Assembly: GCA_963924565.1 (NCBI GenBank)
Contig: OZ004612.1
Span: 28,582,001-28,646,000 of the forward strand
Source of the DNA: Ascidiella aspersa
Lineage: Eukaryota
Direction of reading: 5' to 3'
DNA length: 64,000 nt
Shown here: in pieces, positions 12,801-27,800 of the stretch
Position numbering within the stretch: position 1 is the stretch's first letter
Layout: each line of letters starts with the position of its first letter
Program-made: the position numbers and the translations under genes
Notes under the pieces: model-generated
What the model saw: the letters and a program-made list of their open reading frames with translations, nothing else
What the model was told of the DNA's origin: nothing
The model's database searches: none

Positions 12801-15800
12801 AATACAAAAGTGAGGTGAAATACTTGACACAGTTTTACTAAAACTTTCTAAACTAATTGTAATCCTCATTGTAAATGCAACAATTGCATTCCAACTCCAA
12901 AAAAATGGCCAAAATAAATAAGTTAAGATAATATAATAATTAACTTGGTGTACTCAATCTGTTACTTTTTCTTCCTAGCTTTGTTTTGTGGTATTCCTGC
13001 TTTACTTTTTCTCAAACATTTCCACTGGGTTTTCAGTTGCATACAATCCGCACTGCTTGCATTTTCTTTCGTCCACCTGTTAAGTCCATTAACTTACAAA
13101 CTGTTTAACTATTCAGGCTGCTGCTATCAGTTGGGAAGGATTTGACCTTGAACTTGACCGCGTGACGTCAAAGATGACGCGCAGCGAGGAAAAGTTGAAA
13201 AGGGTCGACTGCTCGATGCCTACGTCACTGGAAGCTGCACAGGAGATAATCAAGGACTTTCAGGTTAAATAAGAGAACACTTTTATAACATTTATTCACC
13301 GAATTACAAACCTCTGTTTTAATTGAGACTTGTTTTACGTATAAATGATAAATTTTTTAAACATTTATCTCGGATTTCTCTGCCTTGAAACTTTGCTCGA
13401 TAATTCTGGCAGACAAGGACTTTCAGGTGAATTAAGACGCTTTGAAAAATACTTTTTCAACAAAATTCCAAACCTCTGACTTAATTAAGGGTTGTTTTAC
13501 TCATAAATGATGAAAATCTTTAACAATTATTTCGGATATCTCTGCTTTGAAATTTTGCTCGATAATTCTACCAGACATGGACTTTTAGGTGAAGTGAGTG
13601 AACACTTTAAAACATTTATTTCAGCGAAATTACAAAATTCTGTTTGAATTTAGGATCGCTTAACTTATAAATGACGCAAAATTTGAACATTTATCTCTGT
13701 AAAATAAACAAATCTGTATACCTTGAAATTAAAAAAAAATTGTAATGCATCAAAAAAGCTCAAATGAGAGAAAACTTCATAAAAAAAATTGTAAAAAAAC
13801 ATAGTAATATAACTCCAAAGCTGTGTTTTTATACGAGTCACAACTTATACAAGCATTTAAAAAGTAAATAATAATTTTTTTATTTCAATCTGTTGTGTAT
13901 CAAAGTTTATCTATAACTTTGGCATAAATTTCGCTTTTTAAAAACTATGAGGTTATAAAATTGACTAAATATATGATTTGGACAACGAAATACATATTAC
14001 CAACTACTTGTACGCTAATTTAGGCGAACGCATTTAGAAGGAAATACTTTTACGTTTTATATCCGGTAGCTGGGTATATTTCTGTGCGTTGCCACAATAT
14101 ATATATGTATTTGTTTTCGGCGTACAATTGTTTGACATCTTGAGGAACACCATAAGCTAATTTGCAAAATAAAGTTTAAATGTAGGCCAGGTCAGGTTAG
14201 TTTGTTGTATTATATAAAGTATATATTTCACAGTCCAATGTTTTTTTTTATTTTAAATGTGCTACAGATGAATATTTTGCGTTTATATAATCAAATCTGT
14301 CGGTGTAGTTTGTTTCTGCAAATGAATTTAATTATATATTACACAACAGTTAGTTTAACAATGCAGAAAATATGTGATGTATTTATATTTGCTTTGATAT
14401 TTAATCTACCAAAAAGTACGTAAAATTGCCCAACGTTAGCTGTGGTTTGCCTAAACGCATTTCATGTGATGTTTATTTTAAACAATGCCGTTTGTATTGT
14501 TACGTCACAGACCCTTTGCTGCGAGATCTCGAACATCGAGAGCAGCGTGCAAGCGTTGCAGGAAGTTTCACACGCACTGACGACAAGCGACAGCGTAAGC
14601 GGTAGAATGGCTGTAGGAAGGTCACTAACCGGTGTGAAACAAAGACTGACACGACTTCAAGCCGGGTCAAAGGTGAGAGGCTGTGGTCACTGAACCGAAT
14701 AATTACTGAATTTGTTATTAGTTTTTGTTTTAGGGGAGGGATTATGTTATTTTAGATTGAGTGTTTTTATTGTTGTTTTGCTAAAGCCTATAAAAATAAA
14801 AATAAACGACATCTAAAAGTTTCGGCAAACTTTTCATAAAGGTATTCTTCCTCAAAAGCAAATAGTTTGTTTAAAAAACTGTTACAAAATAACTACCTTG
14901 TTTTTTCCATTTTTTACGATTTTATGATCGAACCTTAGAGTTGATAACCATATACTTGTTTAATTTAAATTCTGTGAATCAGGCTGTAATGTTCAAAAGC
15001 AAGTGTAGTTTATTTTTTACAGACTACAAACAATCTGTTCTTTAGTTCGATTAAGAATACAAATTTAGGTATAAAAATGAATTTCTCCCGTGAAAATAAT
15101 AATTACCTGGGAAATTACTCAAAAATTAACAAAACGAAAAACGAGTCATTTCTGTTGACAACCGTTTAGCAAAAATGTTAAAAGTTTCATTTTCGGACGA
15201 AACATTCCGACCTTTTAAAGTAATGAGCATTTTTACTAAATATTGCATCTCCCTTAGCTACAAAGTGTCACATGTTTTCAGGAAAAAAGCACTATTTGAC
15301 TTTAAACGAAATTTTCGTTCACGACTAGTCTACCAAAAATGTTAAAACTTTCAAAAAAAAAAAACGTTCTTTAGGACATGCAACGACTCCTGGACAAAAG
15401 CGTTCGCGAGTGGCGTATCTTCAAGGAAGTGACGTCATCTACCGGAAGTACGCTTGACCGCGTCCAGGAGAAACTGCCCAATCGCGCGCTCGAGAAGTGC
15501 ACCCTACAGGAACTGACGCAACAAAGGTAAAAGCGCGATTTTTATTTCGTAATATTATCGTTGATGTGTCCTCACAGCGGAACAAGAAAATTAGGAATGT
15601 TTTTTCGTTAAATTTGCTTTATCTGGGATAAAATAAACCGACATTTGCTGCTTTTACGATTATTTTACGATTATTTTCAAATTTTAGAGTTTTATTTAAA
15701 CTCCCTTGAAAAAGAAGCGCCTATTTTCATTATTTAACCAAACTGGATTAATATAAAAATGTTTTCACTGGTACTAAGTATCCTGTAAATAAATCCGCAT

Positions 15801-18800
15801 CCATATTTCATCTTGTGAAAAACAAAATGGAAATTTTTAAAGGGAATAAGTCAACGTTTCCTTGAAACATTAAACCTAATACTTTACAGCAACATAAGGA
15901 ATACAATAATAATAATTTAGCCATTCATTCCTAGTAATAGTACCCTTATTATATGTTTTCTTTCCTGCTAATGATCGGCATTGTAGAAAACGATCAGAAA
16001 AACATTAACAACTTTATGCGCTTTGATTTACTTTTTGTTAAATTGTCTTAAAAAGGAAAAATATTAGTGATTGGACGACGGGTGTCAACAAACCTCCACA
16101 AGCCTTTACATAATTTTCTCAAATTCATTGCTCTATACGTTTTCTCTACACCAATCAGGGCGACTCTTCACGCGCTCCAGAATGACGTAGCATCTGTGAC
16201 GCGTCGGTTGAGTACAGTGCACGACGCCGCACACACACTCACGGGGAGGCTGGACTCGCCTGTTAAAGGGTCGGTGCTGGATAAGGCTGAGGACATTGAA
16301 GATAGATGCCACAAGTAAGATGTTTATAGTGGATTTTCTTGGTTGATTTATAGTTTATAAGTTTGAGACTAACAACATCGATGCTAGATGCCACAAGTAC
16401 GATACGTTGATTTAAGCAGTATCCCTCTGCTAGAGGAGTTGTAATGTTCTCAAGTAAGGCGTTATTCTGATCTACCACTTAGTTATTTTTAGTTGCAAGC
16501 TCACGCTTATGCGTTTAACTACCTACAATTTATTCTTGCATTCGTCCCCACTTATAAATTCACTAAAACAACCTAGGTTTTGATAATAAATTGCAAAGCC
16601 AAAGAGGTCGAGTAGATCAACAGCATCTTGATTAGAATTTCGATACGAACTGGTATTATCTTCAGTTTATGTGACTGAGAAACAAATCAAAGCATCTTGT
16701 ATAAAAGCATAGGTTTTACTGGTAAAAAGTCGAGAGATTTTCCAGATAATAGCTTAAGAATCAACGCTGTAAACAATTTCTTCCAGACTTTCAGAAGCTA
16801 CTATTGTTCGACTTGCCGATGTGAAGGCCGAGATGCAATCACGCGAAACGTTGAACGCCGAACTTCGCGACATGTTGGTGTGGGTTGAAGATATGAGGGA
16901 GAATGCTGACCGCACACTGGACATTGCACCAGCACCTGGACATGTACAGGACAAACTAGACGCACTCAGACAGGTAAAAGCTGTGTGCAAAGAGGTTTCT
17001 ATCGAGGGTTATACATCAAGTGTAAACATGGTAACAAGGGATAGACAACTATGAAGAAAGCTATTTCTTGTTCAGGACAAAAACTGAAATAGTTAAAATT
17101 AATTTTTAATTGTTGGCCATGTTTGTTTGGCATTTTGGTATTGTATGTTCTGGTTCTTTTAAGCCGATTTTGGAAAGTTTTTAAACTTTCGTGAATTCTG
17201 GCTAAACTCAAAATGTATACAAAGAGTTTATGAAGAGAGGATTATCATTTTTCTCGCCAAACTATTGTTTTCTCTTTTCTGGCTGACTCATTAATGTTGT
17301 GTTTTTTGTGATATTAATTTAGTTTTCAAGTTAAAAAAAATAAATGTATCGATTCTGGAAGCTTTAAGGCGATTTTATAAAGCGTTAATTATGCTGTGCC
17401 TGTTTACATCGCGCAATTTATAAGTTTGACACTTAAAATAAAAACACTGGTCTGTAATCTTATTTAAAATGTTTCAATAAATCACATACCCACACTCAGG
17501 AATTATTAGGGTGGAGTGATTGAAACAAAATAGTTTAAAGAATAAAGCCGAATATCTTAATTCGTTTTAATGTCCATCCATTGCATATGATCCAACTCCA
17601 CAATGTTTCTTCCACAACAGTTGAAGGACCAGCTTTCAAACAAAGAAGGTCACTTCAACAAGATATCTGAGGAGCAGAGGCAGAAGTACCTCCAGAACTA
17701 CGCAATCCTCCCCGTTGAACTCTCCTCCACCATCGCAAAGATCAGGATTGCTCTGGCAGCTCTTCACCAAGAGCTGAGGAACAAAGAGGATGTGAGTTGA
17801 CGAAACTTCACTTACTTTAAAAGCTTAAAACAATGTCTATATCTGTTATATTTTGACTACAAGGATAATTTATTTAATTTTTTGCTTGTTTCTAACAAAT
17901 CAAAAAGCTGTTTTAAAATATATCCCAGTAATATAAAACTGAAGTGTAAGCATTTTTTTCATTTTTAACGTCTTGCCTTACAGACTCACTAAAACGCTTG
18001 TATTTTATAAACTTGGACAAAATTCCAATGTTATGACAGCTACCAATTTCGTTCCACCCCAAAATACCTAGTTTTTATCTCCAATTATAACATACTTAAA
18101 TGTAGGTTAAACGCATCCTAGTTAGGCTTTAATTATTATAAAATACTTATTTTAGCTTCAAGGTCGAATAAAAATTTTAATTTATTTTCTAATAAACAAA
18201 ATGAGCTTGAAAATAACGAGGAAATGACGAACTTGCCTTACACATAATTGCATCTTTATCTAGGAGCTGGAGTCGGCTCGCAACTTGCGTGAGGATTACC
18301 ACGATGAGCTGATGCAGATCTCCTCTCTCCTCACCGACACAGAAATGCAGCTCACTGAAGATCCACAAGATCAGGTTTCATCTAAAGACACACAAAGGGT
18401 GAGGATGCTTATGCTTGTAGAGCATGAATTTTTCTTGAAAGAATTTTGAACTAATTAATTTGAAGTTGATCGAATTTCGTCCTAAATTTTCCAATTCGGT
18501 TTAGATTACTTTTAAATTCTCGCCCCAATATTTCGATCCTAGAAAGATTATAAAATCAACTTTTTTAATCCGATATCCAAAGGGTAAGGCGGTTTGTGTA
18601 AGTCGGAACAATTTTAGGGACTAATTTTCGACTTATATTTTCGATTCTGGATGAAATGTTATACTAAATGTTTCCAATTCTGGATAAAAATACTTTGTCG
18701 CCTTCTAATCAATTTTAAACCGCGAATGTTTTTTTCACTCTGTAAGCTAACATGGCGAAATATTGTTTATTACACAGATGCTTAGTCGGTCACAATACCC

Positions 18801-21800
18801 TGCACTGCACCTGTATCCCTGTTCTATTTACAAAAATATTTTGCATTTCATTTTCTTAGCAACTTTCCGATCGCCTGGACCGTTGTCACGTGCGCCTGGT
18901 TAGTCTCGACGCAGTCGCACAGGAGATCGCAGAGCAGACGTCGCACGAGGGCAGCAAAGCGTCGTTAAATGCAGCGGTCAGCGCCGTCAATGACCATTAC
19001 GTAAGGGTACAGGGGATGATGGACGCAAAGATACACCAAGCCAATCAGGTAAAAGAGGCTATATTTTAGGTTAGTTTTTACATTAGTTTATTTCATTATT
19101 CGGTCGTGTATGCGTTAAAATAGGAACTTGTTTACAATTTTTCAGCATAAATTGAAAAATTAGTTCAGAGTTACCTCCGCGGTCCTCAGAAAACTGCTTC
19201 ACAGACCCCTAGGCTTGTATTTTTGATTTTACTATCGGACAATATGCACAATAAATTCTTTGTTTAGTTTCTATTTTATGGAGGCAGATTCCTGGTAAAA
19301 AAGGAAACATATTAATTTTCATTTATCTATTTTTTTTAATTCCTACCTAGGAAAAAGATTTTGGTATTCCCAGTTGCTTAAAGTTGAAAACAAACCTCAG
19401 GTTATGAAAGAGTGCGTTAAAACAATAAATCAAGAGCGCGAAAGTTGCAATTTTAAATTTTGACATTAGTTATAATTCAATCTCCAGGCTTCGGTATACT
19501 TGGACGAACTGGATGAGATGGGCGAGTTCCTGGATGAGTGGAAGGGCAAGGCGGTGTCGCAGATTGCTGGTCCACTCACTGTCTCCGATGCTAGGGATGC
19601 AAGAAAGCAAATGCGAGAACATAAGGTAAACATTGGAACATAACGGTTGTAGCAAGACCTAATAAGAATATCAAAGCCCATTTTGAGTCGAAATGTTCAA
19701 AATGCTACCTACTTCTGTATGGACTTTAATATTTTTATAAGGTAAAAGGTAAACGTATCAACTGAAAATCACTTTAAGGGATATTATTATTTTCAAACAT
19801 TCTCTCTTAAATCCAGATGCTTCGCTTATATGTTGTTGCATAACATTCTTGTTTCTTTTTGTTAATTCTGTTCCAATATTTTAACTTGTTGCCTAAAAAT
19901 GCTTTATTAGACTTTTTTGCAAACGAACTATAATCTTCAATTAATAAAACTAATAAAATTATAAAACATTTAAAAAACAACATTAAAAGGTATGAAATAA
20001 TTGAAAAAAGGTATAAAATAATTTTTGTTGAATTAAAAAAGGAAAATTAAAAAAATATATGAATTAAAAAAAAGGTAATTTTTTGAAAAAAAAATAAACA
20101 TCATTTAAAAAAAAGTAAATTCTTGAAAAGAACAAATATGAATTTTTAAAAAATATTATTTTTTAAAAAACTAACTTCTTCTTCCTCGTGCAGAATCTCC
20201 GTGATCAGCTCCGGAGGTTGGGAAGCGAATTGGAGCGGAAGAGAGATCGTCTTCCTGCATCACTTCCCTCCACATCAGCTGCGCTCTTCAACCGCAAAAT
20301 CGACCGGATGTTGGAGGAGTGCGCAGGAGTTGAGAGTCAGATCCGCAGGAGAGAAGACGAATTAGGGGAGGCGGTTGCCATGGCAACCGATATGGAGGAG
20401 GAGGTGCAGAAGATCATGGAAGGTTGGCTTGTTTTACTGACTGTTTTTCTCTATTAAATTAGGCAAATTAAATACGAACCAGTCGAAACAAAATGAAAAT
20501 TAAATCTAAAATTAAATCTAAAATTAAATCTAAAATTAAATCTAAAATTAAATATAAAATTAAATATAAACTTAAATATAAAATTCAATAAAGATTAAAT
20601 TTAGAATTAAATAAAAAATTTAATATAAAAATGAATACAAAAATAAATACTAAAATAAATATAGAAAAAAAAATAAATAAAATAAACTAGGCTAGGCCAA
20701 AAATTGAGATGAGTTATGCATTTTATTGGTATTGCGCTACTACCTGTATATATACTTAAGTTTTCCTGGGTGATATCCCCACCGTGTGAACTATCCAGTC
20801 AAAAAAATTAACAGTCAACATTTTTTTGTTGTCACCCTTGATCTTTGACTTAGGATCTCATGTGTCTGTTGTGTCGTTTATTTGCTACAAACCTACATTA
20901 AATTTTCTAAAACACGATTCAAATATTTCTACGTAAAGAATCTAAGCATTATGCTAACTTCATAACTTTTTTTTATATCGTTTAGTTTTAAATCTTTCTA
21001 TATTTGTCCCAGGCGTAGAAAAACTCCGTGAGAAGTCAGACGCCGAAAGCCCAGAGCGAACCATTCTCCAACAAATCGAAGCCAAGAAGCAGCTCCTTAA
21101 CAGACTGGATCAGTGGAAGCGCAAACTGGATGAGGTGAAGGAAAACCACCCCTACCAGCTCTCCCCCTGTCCGTCTCCACGAAAGAGGGGAGACCAGGAA
21201 CCCCAGGGGGTCCCAAAATTACCCCTACACACCCTCAGGGAACCCATAGAGGCCGTGAGGTTGGCCAATGATGCAGAACAAGCGATCGACGAAGTGGAAC
21301 TGGCCGTCATGGCTGACTTGCTCCAGCTGGAAGCAGTCGCGCGTGACAATGACGTGTACGAGGATGAGATCCAGAGATTGCTGACTGATCTTGAAGATGC
21401 TAAGAAGAGATTGGACGATTTCCCAACCCCAAGAAAAGGTATTTTACTTTTTATAGCGGTTAATACGTAAAGTGCTGTAATAATGCAGCCGATCACTATC
21501 CAAATGACATAATCCAACGAAGCATCCGAAAAAATAATCGACAAAAATTCCGTCTTGTATGTTTTCACCTTTTTTAGTGAAGTGCTGAGGCCGATTAATA
21601 ACATAATCGTCATTATGTTCAAAAATAAAAAAATTAATAAACGCACAAATTTGCGAAATAGTTCGATTACTTTATTTGCAAGAGTAAGTTTAAAATTATA
21701 TCCATTCGTGCAGAAAACGCAAGGGACACTAATGAATCAATTCCCTCTTTACCCTTTTTTAGTATGCATCAAATCTTTTCACTGTTTAAGTAGGTTTATT

Positions 21801-24800
21801 AGGGTGTCAGAAATGCACCAATATATACAAGGTTACAACCAGATTTATAAGCCTACTTTAACGTAACTCTACTTTTTTGTGTGCCGCATTACATTGACTG
21901 GTATTTACTATTATCTTCACACTTTAATATAGTCTCTTCATTAAAATCTTCTTTTTCTTCCAGGTTCCTCCCGTGTGTCCACTCCCCGCGACGTACGCGA
22001 AGAGTTGGAGGAATATCGGATGTTGACTCAGGAGGTGGAAAATTATCAGAGGCAGATCCGGGAGCTGAGGGATCAAGCTGACAGGATGAAGGGCAAGGGT
22101 GAGTCGAGCACTTGGTCGGAAGATCTTGGGTCATTTTACTTGGTCAGAAGATCTTGTGACATTTCACTTGGTCAGATGTACATATATTTTTTCACTTGGT
22201 CATTATGAACAAGTGCCATTCTCTATTTTTACATATCCGTGTTAAATGAATTTAAATTCACTTATCTGAACGATAGAAACTTATTTTTTTAATTTTTAAG
22301 CAGGTATTTTTTATTTTTTTATAAAATTAATTTACGTTTACGCTAAACTGATGAGACACAATACCAGTTAAAAATATTTTTGCTTATTAAATTGCCTGAA
22401 ACACGTTTAAAGTCATAGAAAATGGTTACGTTTCCTATGACAACTTAAATAAAGTGGCTATGATTTTAACCAAATAAATATAAAATACGCCAAAAACAAA
22501 TTTTGGTACGTTTTGATTTACAGACAATTCGACCATTTTACCTGACAATTTGGACTCCCCTCCATACGACTCCAACGACCAGGATAAGTTCGACTACACT
22601 GTCACGGATTACAGCAAGGCTTCGCCACACTGGAGTCCTCGTACTTCAACTCGGCAACAACGTGATTCGCCAATCGGCACACCACGTGATCAACTCACCG
22701 ACCAATCAATATCGCCGGTTTCCGAGCCGAAGCCGACCCCGACTTTTGACGACATGCTGCTTGCTACAACCAAGAGAGTGCCAATATCACCCATTGTGAA
22801 CAAGTCAAAGTAAGTATTAGGCTATAACACACTGCTTAAATTAAATTTAGAAGCAATTTTAAGTACAACTTGTTTTGAACAATTTTTTTAACATAAAAAA
22901 ATGGGAAAGATGCGAAAACAATGTTGGTGGTACTAGAAGTAACCAAAATGTTTGTAAATCCGATATTCATATCAAATTTTAATGTATCTTAGCATGAAAA
23001 TTTCTTCAAATAATATGCGTTTACTGGCCTTAAGCAACTTTAAATGTCAAAGTACAGGATAAAAGGACAACGTTTTGATTATGTTCAATCGTTTGTGTTT
23101 AAGATCGCCATCAGTGAAACGTCGTCTCACTGACCTGCTCAGTCAGCAGTTGGGGGATGAACCGGATGGGGGATCACCGGATTCGAAAATGTTCGACGCA
23201 ATGTCTGGTGAGATAAAAACGTTTGTCCTTTCGCTTTATAACATTTTGTAGTGTCGTTACTCGTCTTTAAATCACCTACAATTAATCAATCATTAAATAT
23301 ACAACACTAGAATAGAAATATAATTCGAATGTAAATAAAAATCCAACAAACTGAAAGGCGAGATTTTGTTTTTTGATTTTATGTGGTCAAATATAACACC
23401 ATTTATATCATTGGCTAAATTTTCTCCTCAAAATCTCCAAACTATCTCTTTGATGCTAATTACGCACATGTTTAGAACCGATTCCCGTGTGTGTTGAGAA
23501 CCACTTAAGTGCAACTATTTAAAATACGAATTTTGCTCAACCTACTAAAATAAGGTGTTGAGTTGAGATTCAAACTCGTACCCCTGGAACTTTGCAAGTC
23601 CAAGAGAGTTATAAAAAAGCATTATAGCTAATAATTTTTTTTCGAACTTTCAGCACATGTGTCTATTTTTTATATGAATTTCCAGACGTGTCCACGTGCA
23701 GCACCGGCTCCTTATTGTCCCCGCGACACGCGATGCCAATTGTCTCGACGTCACCCGACTCTGCTATTGCGCAATCGACCGACATGGACCGCTACGATCA
23801 GATTGATGGTGAGGTTTCAGTTTAAAGTAACACCCGGCAAATTTGTAAGAAAAGAGTATGAGAAATTAATTTATAATTTAGTAGAAAATGGAGTGAGTAA
23901 AGTAAATGAGATTAACTCGTTTTTCAACTTCCATTTGTTAATTACCTTTTTCTGTTTTTGACTCTATTTTTCGTGCAACATTAAAAAAAGCATTTTAATG
24001 GAACTACCAAGATTCAAATATGATTTTGAAAGAATGACAAAAACGGTTATGGTGAACACATATTAGGGACAGTCGTTAACAGTTAACATTAGGTGTACCA
24101 TTGGCTTTAACCTAGTTTTGTATCAAAATATAATGTTTTTAAGGTTATTCCATTTTTAACACCCTTGCCCATAGTTTGTTATCCAACGACTGCTTTGGCT
24201 ATTGAGCCATGAACTTACGCGTAGCAATGGGTAATCAATACGTCACTGTTTGTAGATGACGTCACTCCCCGTCCGATACGCACGAGCAGTCCCTTTATGG
24301 TCACCAGAGGGCGCGACAGTTCGTTCCTGGACTCCCCTGACCACAAGCTTCAAGTTGTAGACCGATCCCTGTCGAAACTAAAGGAGCAGGTCGGTTTGGA
24401 AGAACTTGTTTAATCAAGATGAATCTAAGATAGCAACAAAAAGGAGTATTGCAAATTGTTCTTAAACATAAAAAAATATATTACAAAATAATGAGATGAG
24501 CTAAATAAAAATGTTGACTTTTTTAGGTTGGGATTTTTTGGCCAGGAAATTTATAAACTGTATTTAAAATGTTTTAATTTTTTGATTGTTTTTGCGAAAA
24601 TTGGTCAAAACATACAAATATAGCGTTACAATAGTAAATACCAAAAAATGAACAAAAGCTATCAATAGAAGGTGAAAATGTGTTATAGTAAAAACTGGTT
24701 TCACATGAGGTTTTTGGTGCCGTAATGTGCAGTTCTACAAAAATTAGCCAATGTATCTATTGCAGATAAAAATAAATTAATATTTTTTCAAATTGTTTTC

Positions 24801-27800
24801 GAGAAAACTTTCACAGAGTTTAATCGTCTTTATAAATCATTATCTTAATTATTTGCAGGAATAATACATTTTAATTAATAGAGCTTATAGCATAAATGAT
24901 GGCAGACAACATCTTACAATATTGTTCTATCTTAAATTTTTTTTTTTCTTTTTTGCTTTAGTTGGGTGAAAAGGCTGATTCTCTCCTCAGCGCCCTCCAC
25001 CGGCAAGACGACCTCCAACACGATATTCAGGAAGTGACGTCAAAATTGGACGAGTTCCAGGAACGGTTGGACTCATCCGATAAACAGGTTGACCTTCAGA
25101 AGACCTTGACGGACACGCAGGTTTTTACCTAGCACATTTTGTTTTGAGTTTCTAGAAAATATATTTCAACAATTGAGGGACAGAACTTCGTTTTCCTAGA
25201 CAAAAAAAAAAGTACAATAACATGAATAAATAAAAAAGACAGGGATTTAATTTATAAAAATAGTGTCATTGTTATCAAACTTATTTTTACAAATGTGCCC
25301 CAACATTTGCAATTTTCTCTAATTATCTTGACTTTAGGAGTAATATTCAACTAATAAAATTGTTTCAAAAACATAAAATATTATAATTATGTTTAACTAA
25401 AACTGAAGGCTTAAGAAATTTATGCTTTACGATCGATGGGACATCAAATGTCTTAGGCCTGAAAAAAACGAAAAATAAGTTATTTGACCAGCACTTGTCG
25501 ACAGGAACTACTAGAGGAGTATAAATTGTTTCATTAGTATAAAGCATATTTTTATTATATATTATGATTAAGTTAAATTAGCAGAAATCTGTAATAATGG
25601 ATAATTGCGTATATTACTATACAAATTAATTGAAAGGTATTTCTGTCTGTAAACTTACACAAACAGTGTGGTAAGTATGTACTGTCATTAACTCCAGCAA
25701 AATACTATCTTAAGCCACAAAAAGTTTCAAAACAGGAGAAAAGTAGGTTATTTGACCAGCACTTTGTCCCCAGGAACTGCTGGACGACATCAATCGCCTG
25801 ATCCCAAAGCTTGAGTCGGTTGATCGTAAGGTGAGATTCCTGGATCCAACTCACAGTGGGAAAGACGCTTTTAAGGCCACAGTGTCGGTGCTCTACGATC
25901 GATGGGACACGATCAGGATGCAGGCAACTTCAAAGCAGAATACTGTAGAGGTAATATGGAAGCGTGGTATTATTTAACATTTAAGTCAGGGTAGGTTTTA
26001 CGTTTAACGTGTGACCAAAAAAATATGTTTTATAAATTTAAAATGTCTTTGTTACATCTGACGATTTTCTCTTTTCGTTAGACCAGCGAATGTTTTTTCA
26101 CCTATCCATAAACAAACTGCTTGAACTAGATTAATTTATTTGTCCCTCTTATTTATTTTTATCTGTTTTAATCTCTACAATAAATAAGTTCGTTGTACAG
26201 CAAAAATTGTAAAACCAAAACTGGAAAAAATTTGCAACTAAAATGTAATATCAACCTAATAAAGCTAAACAAAAATCCAATTAAAAAAAATATAATCCAA
26301 TTAAAAAAAAAAAAATATTAAAAAAAATAAAAGAAAAAAAGCTTGTTTTAGATACATTATCAAGACAAATGACTGATATTTTTTTCAAACAGTCTTTTCC
26401 TAATTCTTAACAACAATTCCCTTTTTCAGATCAAAGTGACGATCTTTGAAATAATTTAAACCTAAAATTTGAATTTGAACTACAAACTGTCAATACGGTT
26501 TCTTACAAACAAATTCTTCACAAAAATGTTATTTTTCAGATTAAAATTCTTGAGGACGAGCAATACCGCCGCATGGTTGAGGCTTACAAGGCCGAACTAC
26601 AGCAAGTCGCTGATTGGATGCAAGAAGCAAAACAAAGCAGCGTTTCTCCTCCTCCTATTCAATCCCTACCTCCTGCTCCTCCTGGGAGCTCCTCCGGAGG
26701 ATCAACATCCGGAGGCAGCAACATGACTTCAGTCCACAAACAGCTGGATCAGTGCAGGAACACTGTGCTTGATATTGAGAGGAAACTAATACTGCTTTCT
26801 GAGCTCAGTGGTGAGTTGTTGTTGTTTGAAAAATAGTCTTTTTTCTTTGTTTGGCAGTGTTGTAATGTCCACTTATGTCTTTTGACCAAAGTGACTTGAC
26901 TTAAGTATTATGACCAAAATGACTTGACTTGACTTGACTTGACTTATGGCTTTCCGACAATTAACTTGACTTAAACTTACGTCATTGTGTCAAATAATTT
27001 GGGTTTAAATAAAATGAGCACTGTGCTTGATATTGAGAGGAAGCTAATCTTGCTTTCAGAGCTCAGTGGTGAGTTGTTGTTGTTGTTTGAAAAATATAAT
27101 TTAAATTAAGGCGGAAAATGTTTTAGAAAGCAATTTTTACTTACAAGTATTGCGCCGACTATTAGTATCATCCAACAAACGGATGAGGGTTGACTTTAAT
27201 TGACAAATTAAATAAATATGCTGCTTCTACCAGGCTTAGTATACTAAAGATATGGTATTAAGCGATTCGTTCGAGTTTAGAAGATACCGTTTTGACGAAA
27301 CACATTTCTCTAAAAAAACACACATTTTTCTCTATTTTAACATCTAATAAAATAGTTGACGTTAAACCGTTTTAGGAAAAAAAATTTCTTGTATAATGCC
27401 GAATCTCAGTATCATGGCTTTAAATAAATGAGGGTTGAGTTGGTATTTTATTAATTGATTTTTTTGGGTCATAAAGAAATGACTTGGTAAATAATTTTGA
27501 GATAAATTTTCCATTTTGTATTAACGCAAGTATAAGTGCAAGATAAACTGAAAATACAATCGTTAACAATAATAATTAAGTGTGTATAATAAAACAAAAA
27601 TTTTGCGGAAAATAAAAAAGGTACAACTTATTACATGTTATATTAAACCCATGTAATGGTTTAGAAAAATATGTGGTTTTGTTTTGTTAATATCTGTCTG
27701 TGGTACCAATTAATTATTGTGTATGTCAAAACTGTGAATTGTCAAAATTGTATTTTTTTGCCTAATTTCGTTGTAGAGGTAGCGTTTTAGGACTCTTTCA

